Source: Acutalibacteraceae bacterium
Lineage (GTDB): Bacteria; Bacillota; Clostridia; Oscillospirales; Acutalibacteraceae
Reading direction: 5' to 3'
NCBI GenBank assembly: GCA_045540535.1
Contig: JAZQHI010000153.1
Coordinates: 1-60,571, forward strand
DNA length: 60,571 nucleotides
In this document: positions 10,065 through 17,522 of the stretch, in pieces
Layout of the letters: the number at the start of each line of letters is the position of its first letter
Numbering within the stretch: position 1 is the stretch's first letter
Translations under genes and position numbers: made by a program
The notes under the pieces: generated by a model
The model's input: the letters and a program-made list of their open reading frames with translations, nothing else
The model's database searches: none
What the model was told of the DNA's origin: nothing

Positions 10065-10078
10065 GTTGGGAGGAAAAA

Positions 10079-10708
10079 ATGAAAAAAACAACAGTATTGA
10101 TAATTGTGGTATTCATTTTATTGACATTTTGTGGTTGTGGTCATAAGCATCATTTTAGCGAAGCAACCTGCACAACTGATGCGGTTTGCGATTGCGGTGA
10201 GATTGGGAATAAAGCCTTTGACCATTATTTTGAACAGGGTGTTTGCAGATATTGTTCGTATGAGGATCCAACTTTTTTTAATCCGGAAAAATACGGTTTT
10301 ATAACCAACTATGGTATGACAAAATGGATAGAGATAACCTCATACTCTGTTGATGGCGAAAAAGCAACATACAAAGAAAATGGGTATAAACATAAAATAT
10401 ATGAATTCACAAATAACATATTTTACGATTATTCTCGTTACGAAGAATTATCTATGACTAAAGATTATAATATTAAAGAAACTTCAAACTATACAATTAT
10501 AAATAATGATTGTATTAATATGAACGGTGATACTTACACTATTACTGAAAGGGTTAAATTAAAAAACAAAAACCTCATAATAAAAGTTTTTGTAGATGAT
10601 TCAGAAAGATGGTTTATTTTAGAAGAACAAGTTGATTGGAGTAAATCGCCGATTGAAGAAAATACAGATAACATTTCTTGGTCATCTTTCATATATTATT
10701 TTAAATAA
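10079..10708 (+). CDS. Putative lipoprotein, Cys-rich N-terminal region
   Basis: Track ORF trimmed to the ATG at 10079 (GGGAGG RBS). MKKTTVLIIVVFILLTFCGCG is a lipobox-type signal peptide. No recognisable domain. Confidence 0.6.
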   Translation: MKKTTVLIIVVFILLTFCGCGHKHHFSEATCTTDAVCDCGEIGNKAFDHYFEQGVCRYCSYEDPTFFNPEKYGFITNYGMTKWIEITSYSVDGEKATYKENGYKHKIYEFTNNIFYDYSRYEELSMTKDYNIKETSNYTIINNDCINMNGDTYTITERVKLKNKNLIIKVFVDDSERWFILEEQVDWSKSPIEENTDNISWSSFIYYFK

Positions 10709-10731
10709 TTTACAATACACCGAATAAAAAA

Positions 10732-10795
10732 TTGGACACATCACAGGGTAAAACCCTAAAATGATGTGTCCAACTGTTATTTGTTCGATTTTTTC
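10732..10795. terminator. Bidirectional terminator (long hairpin)
   Basis: Perfect 12-bp arms TTGGACACATCA/TGATGTGTCCAA plus an inner AGGG/CCCT stem, with A/T runs on both sides. Confidence 0.65.
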
Positions 10796-10836
10796 GAATG
10801 GGTTAATTTATGAGGTTGTGAAAAAACGCATAAATC

Positions 10837-10907
10837 CTTACTTATTAAGTGCTTCGTTGACTGCAACTGCGCAAGCAACAGTCATACCAACCATGGGGTT
10901 GTTACCA
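10837..10907. repeat. attL-side copy of the 71-bp direct repeat (displaced gene 3' end)
   Basis: Matches 25849-25919 with 5 mismatches. On the minus strand it still encodes GNNPMVGMTVACAVAVNEALNK-stop. Confidence 0.85.
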
Positions 10908-11032
10908 CTCACTATAAACAGCCCTTTTTCCTTCTGCATAACATTTTTTCTTTCTCATAACTGTTTTTTGCCTAAAAAATGGTGGTTTTCAGGGGTGCTT
11001 GTCTTCCAGCGGCTCTATGTGGCTCTATCCGT

Positions 11033-11091
11033 TGTAGAAAAAATGTTGAAAAGATATTTTTTCAACATTTGAAAAATCGTTATGTAGAAAA
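11033..11091. repeat. Left-arm cluster of TGTWGAAAA repeats (candidate integrase arm-type sites)
   Basis: TGTAGAAAA at 11033, TGTTGAAAA at 11044, inverted TTTTCAACA at 11059, TGTAGAAAA at 11083. Confidence 0.6.
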
Positions 11092-11300
11092 AACTCTCTC
11101 ATATCGTTTTTAATCCCCCGAAGAGAAATATATTCAATTCGTGTAACACGATTATAATACCACATTCAAGATTTTTTTGCAACCTTTATAAAAAATATCA
11201 AAATTATATTTTTTGTGTCCGATTTACAACAATTTTACCCCATACTTAAATCGTGAAAAGATATTTGGATTTGCTAATTTCATTAAGGAGATACTTTGTA

Positions 11301-11608
11301 TGGCTGAGGATAACAAAAATCTTGACACATTGCTAAATAAGGTAATAGATGATACTGGAATGAGTGTTGCAGAAGAAATGTTGATGTTACAAAGACAAAG
11401 GCAAATGAAAACTGAAAGCAAACCTGTTGCTCAAATGACAGATGCTGAAAAAGAAATATTTGCAGAAATGCAAAGAGAATATATTGAAATATGCGAACTG
11501 CCATTTTTGAGTAACAAACCGATTAATTATACTGATGGATATGAACCTTTTTTCAGTCCAATTGCATCAACCATTCTGGATGCCTTCTTTACCGATAGCA
11601 AGAATTAG
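11301..11608 (+). CDS. Hypothetical protein (102 aa, acidic)
   Basis: Track ORF trimmed to the ATG at 11301 (AAGGAG RBS). A clean terminator follows. No recognisable domain. Confidence 0.5.
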
Positions 11609-11631
11609 CACGGAAAAACCGTGCTTTTTTT
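11607..11631 (+). terminator. Intrinsic terminator
   Basis: AGCACGG-AAAAA-CCGTGCT followed by TTTTTTT. Confidence 0.75.
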
Positions 11632-11912
11632 AATGCATTTTTAAAAAAGTAGCAAAAAATACCATTCTTTTTTCTATTTGCAGAAAAAAGAACCAAAAAA
11701 GGCAAAGCAAATCTTTGAAAAAGAGTTTTCAAGATTTGCATCCAGAAGGATTTTTAGAACTTGCAGCCATCTATAAAGTTGTGCTATTATCTTTGCAGTA
11801 GTTTTAAGTTTATACCCTTAACCATAGTTCCTGCATAAGATATAATATAATACTATACTATGAACTAAAATGAGAAGTTTTTGGATATGAGAAAAGCACT
11901 CAGGCGAGTGCT

Positions 11913-13184
11913 TTATTTTTTTCGCTGTTGAATTTTTGGAATACCAGATGATATTCTTGCTATTGTTCCAAGTGATAATCCTGTTCGTTCTGCAACCTCT
12001 TTATGCTTATAACCAGATTTTATCAATTTTCGTGCCATATCTTTTTTCATTTCTCTTTCTTGTTTTCGCACTTGTGCCTGTAAATCCCGTGTGATGTTTG
12101 GTCTACTCATTTCATATTTGCCTGTGTTAGCAAGTTCTTCTTCCGTAATGCCTAATTTTTCAAAAAAGGTATTATTTTTAATTTGGTAAACTTTTTCTTG
12201 CTTAAATATATAATCAATGTTTTTTAATGGTTCAGAAAAAGAGTTGTTTATTTTCCTGCATATCTTTTTTGCGGTCACAAATGGATAGATTTGTCTCGCA
12301 GAATTGAATAAAAGAAATAAAATTGTATCTCGTTTGCCCGTACAATCCGCATCATCGTTTACAATTTGCTCTATGATTTTAATTCTCTTATAATGCAAAG
12401 CAGAATAAGCACCAGTTTTCTTTTCTGTTAAGACATCGTTGTTTAGTTCTTGCTCTTTATATCTTTTTTTGATAATTTTCTTTCTTTTCAGATATGCCTT
12501 AACTGGTTCGCTCTCTTGCTCCAACTGTTTAACGAGGTCAACCAGATTGAGTGATTTATCGTGTAGAATTTCGGTCACGGTCATTGTTTTTGCCTTGGTG
12601 TTGTATGTATCAAACATTCTAAACAAACCAATGGCATTTTTACTCGCATTTGCATCAATTTCAAGATGCCTTTCAAGACTGGGATATTCTTTTAAAAATT
12701 CTTTTATAATAATAGCAAAATATTCAACTGCTCTCTGATAGAGAAACAATAATTGTGATGATGCACTTTCAAGATGCCAATATATTTGAACACCCCTTCC
12801 AGTAAAATGAAATGCCGATGGACAAGGAATTTCACCACAGGTAACAAGGTCTCTATGAAATCGCCAACAGAATTCATCGATAAGCAATTCCTTTTCGTGC
12901 ATTGGTAATTTTGAAGAGTGAGCATCGATATCGATGCAAACATTATTCAAACTGAAAAGATTATCCTTTGTTCTGCCATCCTTGGTGTTATATCGCCTTA
13001 TGGTGTTTATCATTATATAATAATCCTGAGATTTGTTGATTTTAAGATTTTCTGCTTTTTCTTTTATATTCTTAAAATCAGAATAACCAAGGCATACCAT
13101 TTTCTTGTCTTTTGTTAATGTGGCAAATTGCACCCATCCTTCGTATTTGCTATCTGGTGGGAATAAAATATCATATATATTCAT
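11913..13184 (-). CDS. Replication initiator / primase-polymerase-like protein with C-terminal HTH
   Basis: 423 aa. NVCIDIDAHS followed by FTGRGVQIYWHL resembles AEP/Prim-Pol motifs I and II. The C-terminal KEVAERTGLSLGTIARI is a helix-turn-helix. It lies next to a palindrome-rich, AT-rich region. Confidence 0.5.
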   Translation of the reverse strand: MNIYDILFPPDSKYEGWVQFATLTKDKKMVCLGYSDFKNIKEKAENLKINKSQDYYIMINTIRRYNTKDGRTKDNLFSLNNVCIDIDAHSSKLPMHEKELLIDEFCWRFHRDLVTCGEIPCPSAFHFTGRGVQIYWHLESASSQLLFLYQRAVEYFAIIIKEFLKEYPSLERHLEIDANASKNAIGLFRMFDTYNTKAKTMTVTEILHDKSLNLVDLVKQLEQESEPVKAYLKRKKIIKKRYKEQELNNDVLTEKKTGAYSALHYKRIKIIEQIVNDDADCTGKRDTILFLLFNSARQIYPFVTAKKICRKINNSFSEPLKNIDYIFKQEKVYQIKNNTFFEKLGITEEELANTGKYEMSRPNITRDLQAQVRKQEREMKKDMARKLIKSGYKHKEVAERTGLSLGTIARISSGIPKIQQRKK

Positions 13185-13194
13185 AATGCCGTGC

Positions 13195-13800
13195 TCCTTT
13201 CATTCTGTTTAAAATAAGAATGAAAGTTTTAACACTCGTTTTAAGTTTTCTGCATAGCAAAAAAGTCCTGCAAATCCAGAAGAATTGCAAGACCTTTTTG
13301 CAGCGACATTATCACGAAGGACAACATATTTTATGTTGTTAAAATAATTATGATAGACAATAAATATAAACAAAGAATTTTTAAAAGCGAAAAAGTCTTG
13401 CAAATCGTAAAGATTTACAAGACCTTTCGCACAATCCACATTTCACAACAGGAGAAACACAATGTGCCACTGTATAATTACTGTGGCACAATAAATATGA
13501 TTTACTTGAAATTGAATTAAAGGAAACAAAAATGCCTTATCAATCCGAAGACAGATAAGACTTTTTTGCAGATATATTATAGCAAACGAAACTGTAAGTA
13601 GTTTTATGTATTTACGATGACAGGAGATTAAATACAGTTTCATTTACACACACTTTTGCAATCTACCCCATTGATTGCAATGTATCATTATGACAATATA
13701 AATATGTGATATTAAATTTAAAATTGAAATATTTTTAATATTAACGAGAAAATCCTACCAACATAATTGTTGATAGGACTTTCCGATAAATTGTGATACT
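13195..13800. other. ori-like non-coding region of the IME
   Basis: No credible ORF. Inverted repeats at 13197-13226, 13265-13293, 13321-13339, 13395-13423, 13463-13490 and 13656-13680, then an AT-rich stretch at about 13682-13760. Confidence 0.4.
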
Positions 13801-13963
13801 TTAAGATGTAAAAACTATGAAAACTAAATATGAGAGAATTAAAATGATAACAAGAAAGTTATGCCGATGGACAACGGTAAAACTTTCTTGTTATTCTATT
13901 TCCAACACATCCCATCTGTGCAATTTAAGTATGAGAGAAAAATTTCAAAAAAGAAAAAATTAC

Positions 13964-14146
13964 TCATATCAAAATTTCAAAATCATCACAGATAAAACCA
14001 GTTTCTTGCCTGTTTTTCTTTTTTCTCTTTCGTTTGCGATTTTTCTGCATATCTTTTTTAGTAATTACAATAGGTCTGGATTCAACAGTAGAATTATCTG
14101 CGGTAACATCCTTGATAAAACCTTCAATTTTCTGTTTTTTTACCAT
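13964..14146 (-). CDS. Possible small basic protein (60 aa), overlaps the RHH gene end
   Basis: The ATG at 14146 overlaps the upstream stop by 23 nt, with GGGAG 11 nt upstream. KNRKRKRKKKNRQ basic tract. A hairpin follows at its stop. Weak evidence. Confidence 0.3.
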   Translation of the reverse strand: MVKKQKIEGFIKDVTADNSTVESRPIVITKKDMQKNRKRKRKKKNRQETGFICDDFEILI

Positions 14147-14405
14147 TTTTAAGTCGCTCCCATCTATTAATATTTGCTTTGCAGTTACTTGTTTGTTTCA
14201 GTTCCTTTGAAATTTCATCCAGTTGTTTTTGCAGTTTATCATCTTCTAACGATTTATTAAGCAAAAAAGGATATTTCTCAAAAACCGCAGATAGAAACAA
14301 ATCACCGATAGTCATATCGTTTAAGGCGGCAGTTGCCTTTAATTTTGCTTTCATTGTGCTACTAACAATGAACTTAACAGGAACTAAATGAGTAGATTTT
14401 TCCAT
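14124..14405 (-). CDS. Ribbon-helix-helix (CopG/Arc/MetJ-like) DNA-binding protein
   Basis: 93 aa. VKFIVSSTMKAKLKATAALNDMTIGDLFLSAVFEKY fits a beta-alpha-alpha RHH pattern. GGAG RBS. Confidence 0.55.
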   Translation of the reverse strand: MEKSTHLVPVKFIVSSTMKAKLKATAALNDMTIGDLFLSAVFEKYPFLLNKSLEDDKLQKQLDEISKELKQTSNCKANINRWERLKNGKKTEN

Positions 14406-14627
14406 AATTTAGAACTCCTTTCTATCTTTATGAAATAAGTATGACATTTTGTTCCTATGTTCAAAAGAAACTATTAGTACAAGGTAAAACATTTTGCAAA
14501 AAAAGATATGAGTAAAAATCTATAATAATTGTTTTCGGCACTTTATTCTTAAAATTTGCTCACGAACCAAAGTTTGTTGTATTTTCATTTAATTATATGC
14601 ATAAAAAATGACACCAAACGAATGGTG

Positions 14628-14969
14628 TCATTTTTTGTTGCTGTTATATAAATGGTCTATAAGATTTTCAACCATTGTATAATCGCTGTCGCTTAGAATT
14701 GATAGTTTCTTAAATATTCCTTCTAATTGCTTATATTCCTTTTTGCCTGTCAAGATGTAATCCGTAGATATTTTCAGTGAATTACACAAATTAACCAAAT
14801 TTTGCGGTCTGATTGCTTTCTTTCCTAACTCAATGCAGGAAATGGATTGCAAACTCAGATTGATACTTTCTGCCACCTGTTCTTGTGTAAGGTTCAGTTC
14901 CTTTCGCCGTTTGGAAATTCGCTCACCCATTTCCATCAAAAACTTTGCATCTTCGTACATTTCCTTCAC
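14628..14969 (-). CDS. XRE-family helix-turn-helix transcriptional regulator
   Basis: 113 aa. RRKELNLTQEQVAESINLSLQSISCIELGKK is a classic HTH_3 motif. It is divergent from the sigma-factor gene. Confidence 0.85.
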   Translation of the reverse strand: MKEMYEDAKFLMEMGERISKRRKELNLTQEQVAESINLSLQSISCIELGKKAIRPQNLVNLCNSLKISTDYILTGKKEYKQLEGIFKKLSILSDSDYTMVENLIDHLYNSNKK

Positions 14970-14981
14970 CTCGTTTCCTAT

Positions 14982-14994
14982 TACAATTATTGTA
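14982..14994. promoter_or_regulatory. Perfect 13-bp palindrome TACAAT-T-ATTGTA (candidate XRE operator)
   Basis: Lies 13 nt upstream of the XRE start codon, in the divergent intergenic region. Confidence 0.35.
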
Positions 14995-15037
14995 CTAAAA
15001 ACAGGGTGAAATTATAATCAATTATAGTTGCTCAATC

Positions 15038-15066
15038 TTGACTATTTACAACCATAGTATTATAAT
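15038..15066 (+). promoter_or_regulatory. Consensus sigma-A promoter of the cargo operon
   Basis: TTGACT-17 nt-TATAAT, about 60 nt upstream of the ATG at 15129. Confidence 0.6.
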
Positions 15067-15128
15067 ATAATGAGGTATAGTGTATTTTAAACTATTACTA
15101 TCACAATTTAAACTGTGAGGTGAAATAT

Positions 15129-16472
15129 ATGGAAAAAGGTAAATTAACTCCGATTGTAATTAAAGCAAAAAGCGGAGACAAAACGGCACTAAATACCCTC
15201 TTCACCGAAAATTATAATAGTGTGTATTTTTTCGCTCTTAAAACCGTTAAGGATGAAACACTGGCGGCTGATATCACTCAGGAGACATTTGTAACGATTT
15301 TTCAAAATTTAGATACTTTGAACGACCCTGTTGCTTACCTCGCTTGGTCAAGACAAATTACTTATAGACACTGTTTGCAATATCTTAAAAAGCAGAACAG
15401 AGAAACAACGGTTGATGAAAACGAAGATGGCTCTACTATCTTTGATACAATTCAAGAAGAAAGAACGGATTTTATTCCTGATGAAAATCTTGATAAAGAA
15501 GATTTCAAAAAAACAATTCTAAATATTGTTGACAGTCTTCCCGAAGAACAACGAACCGCTGTTATTTTATATTATTATGATGAATTGTCTGTCAGGCAGA
15601 TTGCTGAAATTCAGGGTGTAACAGAAGGAACGGTTAAGAGCAGACTTAACTATGCAAGAAAAACAATCAAATCAGCAGTAGAAAACTATGAAAAGAAAAA
15701 CAATGTCAAGTTACACAGTGTTGGTGTTCTTCCTATGCTTTTGTGGTTGTTTGGAGCGGATGCAAAGGCTTGTTCAATGCCTATGCAGACAGTACAAACC
15801 GTTGCATCAGGTGTTTCTGCTTCCACTGGCACAACAATATCTGTATCAAAATTGGTGCACATCAGTTCAAAATTGCTTGGTGCTCTATGGCAAAAAATTG
15901 TTGCAGGATTGGTTGCGGTTGCAATTGTTACTGGTGGCACGGTTGCGGTTGTAAAAATTGTTAACAAACCAGATGCACAAGTTCCGCAAGATAAAGGACA
16001 GTTAGAAACATTCCAAAAACCACCCGTAAAGGAAAATGTGGAAAGTGAAACACCCATAATCGTAACAGGTTGGCGAGGTTTTGGAGAAGCGACCAACAAA
16101 CCTTATGTATCCCAGAAAAATGAATTTATTTTGACAACAGAGCAAATGGATGAAACTTACCTTAAAGGCGAACTGACAATTTCTGTTCTTGAAGGTTCTT
16201 CATACCAAAAGTTGTTTGAAATTGATATTGAAGGTACTGGTGTAAAAGAAGATACTCAAACAATGTATACCTGTTCAATTTCTTATGATGAAGAATTGAA
16301 AGATACGATAGAAAAGTATTTTATAGATGTTCCAAATCATAACGAGTTAACTTTAAGGTATCATTTTAAAACCGAAAGTTTTGGTTTATATTTTGGCGAA
16401 TATAATGTTGCAGAAGATGCTAATATGGCTTGTTTTAATGCTCTTTTGAGAAAAAGTGATATTGTAAAATAA
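15129..16472 (+). CDS. ECF-type sigma-70 family factor fused to a TM helix and a ~170-aa extracytoplasmic domain
   Basis: Region 2 (DITQETFVTIFQNL...AWSRQITYRHC) and region 4 (LPEEQRTAVILYYYDELSVRQIAEIQGVTEGTVKSRLNYARK). A hydrophobic segment IVAGLVAVAIVTGGTVAVVKIV follows, then a beta-rich C-terminal domain. Start moved to ATG 15129 (GAGGTG RBS). Confidence 0.8.
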   Translation: MEKGKLTPIVIKAKSGDKTALNTLFTENYNSVYFFALKTVKDETLAADITQETFVTIFQNLDTLNDPVAYLAWSRQITYRHCLQYLKKQNRETTVDENEDGSTIFDTIQEERTDFIPDENLDKEDFKKTILNIVDSLPEEQRTAVILYYYDELSVRQIAEIQGVTEGTVKSRLNYARKTIKSAVENYEKKNNVKLHSVGVLPMLLWLFGADAKACSMPMQTVQTVASGVSASTGTTISVSKLVHISSKLLGALWQKIVAGLVAVAIVTGGTVAVVKIVNKPDAQVPQDKGQLETFQKPPVKENVESETPIIVTGWRGFGEATNKPYVSQKNEFILTTEQMDETYLKGELTISVLEGSSYQKLFEIDIEGTGVKEDTQTMYTCSISYDEELKDTIEKYFIDVPNHNELTLRYHFKTESFGLYFGEYNVAEDANMACFNALLRKSDIVK

Positions 16473-16699
16473 AAATTTTTAAAAATTTTTCCAAAAAAAT
16501 AAAACCAAACAGGTTTCTCGTTCCTCCTATTAATGTAAGGAGGATGAAAAAGTGAGAGAACATAACAATTTATACTATATTTTTTTATGGGATTTTGAAA
16601 AAAATAACCTCTCATTAAAAATGGCAAAACAAATTTGGCAAACAATTAAAAATCGTTTATTTTAAAAATTTATCTAATTAAAACTTGGAGGAAAAAATT

Positions 16700-17506
16700 A
16701 TGGGTTTATTTGAAAAAAAGGAATGTGTTAATTGCGGTAAAATGTGCGGTGTGTTTGGAAGGCAAAAAACCGAAGACAAGAAAATTTTATGCAATGATTG
16801 TGCTAACAAAGTCGGAAACGAATTGTCTGCTTGGCAATATACATACGACCAGTATCCTGCACTTGTTGAAAGATGCAATGAAAATGAAAAAAGATTGCAG
16901 GAATTTAATATTGATAAAGTGTATTATGACAGAATTGTTATTGATGAAACAAATAACTGGATTGCTATTCTTGACGATACTGTTTTCACCGTTAAGAAAA
17001 AACATTTACTTACACAAAAACCTCACATTTATGATGCAAAAGATTTAAAGTTCTTCCTGCAAAAGTTTGATATTAAAAAACAAGAAACTACACTTTTAGG
17101 AACAACGATTTATATTGATTTTCATACTACTATGGTATTTGAAGATGAGTTCGTTCCGTGTCCGCTAAATAGTGTTGTTGAAGAAAACCGTGAGGTAGAA
17201 GTAAAGGGTGTCTTCAATAAAAAGGTTGAAGGTTTTTACAAACAAGGTGATTTAGAACTCTTCAAATTTGCAAATGACATATTGAAGGAAAAAGGTTTAG
17301 AAAGACCAGTTGAAATGCAAAAAGGCGATACTATTGAAAGTCTTGATAAATATGCACCTTGGTTTAAAGTGTTGTTTGAACTGGAAAAGAAAAAAATTAT
17401 TGATGATGACCAAGTGGAAAATATCTTAGATGGTATTACAGAAAATATGGGTATCTTCGGCGGTAGCAAGATGTCCTCACAAATCAGAAAAAGATTTGGT
17501 GTTTAA
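16700..17506 (+). CDS. DUF4428-like zinc-ribbon protein
   Basis: MGLFEKKECVNCGKMCGVFGRQKTEDKKILCNDCANK has an N-terminal CxxC...CxxC ribbon typical of the DUF4428 family as I remember it. GGAGG RBS before ATG 16700. Confidence 0.6.
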   Translation: MGLFEKKECVNCGKMCGVFGRQKTEDKKILCNDCANKVGNELSAWQYTYDQYPALVERCNENEKRLQEFNIDKVYYDRIVIDETNNWIAILDDTVFTVKKKHLLTQKPHIYDAKDLKFFLQKFDIKKQETTLLGTTIYIDFHTTMVFEDEFVPCPLNSVVEENREVEVKGVFNKKVEGFYKQGDLELFKFANDILKEKGLERPVEMQKGDTIESLDKYAPWFKVLFELEKKKIIDDDQVENILDGITENMGIFGGSKMSSQIRKRFGV

Positions 17507-17522
17507 TTAAGAAGGGGTTGCG

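Noticed and set aside
10761-11072. 103-aa plus-strand ORF in the track
   Set aside because: It is the antisense reading of the duplicated GGGtGRT 3' end (attL) and then runs through the arm-repeat region. It has no RBS. The att structure explains it.
13209-14152. ORFs 13209..13439 (-), 13443..13643 (-) and 13817..14152 (+)
   Set aside because: Low-complexity products in AT-rich, palindrome-dense DNA, with no RBS. I treat the region as non-coding (ori-like).
15331-16099. Overlapping ORFs within the sigma-fusion gene (15331, 15686-, 15688+, 15743+)
   Set aside because: They are alternative frames of a gene whose main frame has clear sigma region 2 and 4 motifs.
16473-16699. Mini-ORF (ATG AAA AAG TGA) and TCCTCC/GGAGGA hairpin between the sigma gene and the DUF4428-like gene as a leader-peptide attenuator
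   Set aside because: A three-codon ORF and a 6-bp stem are too weak to support a claim. I noted it only as a possible RBS-like decoy.
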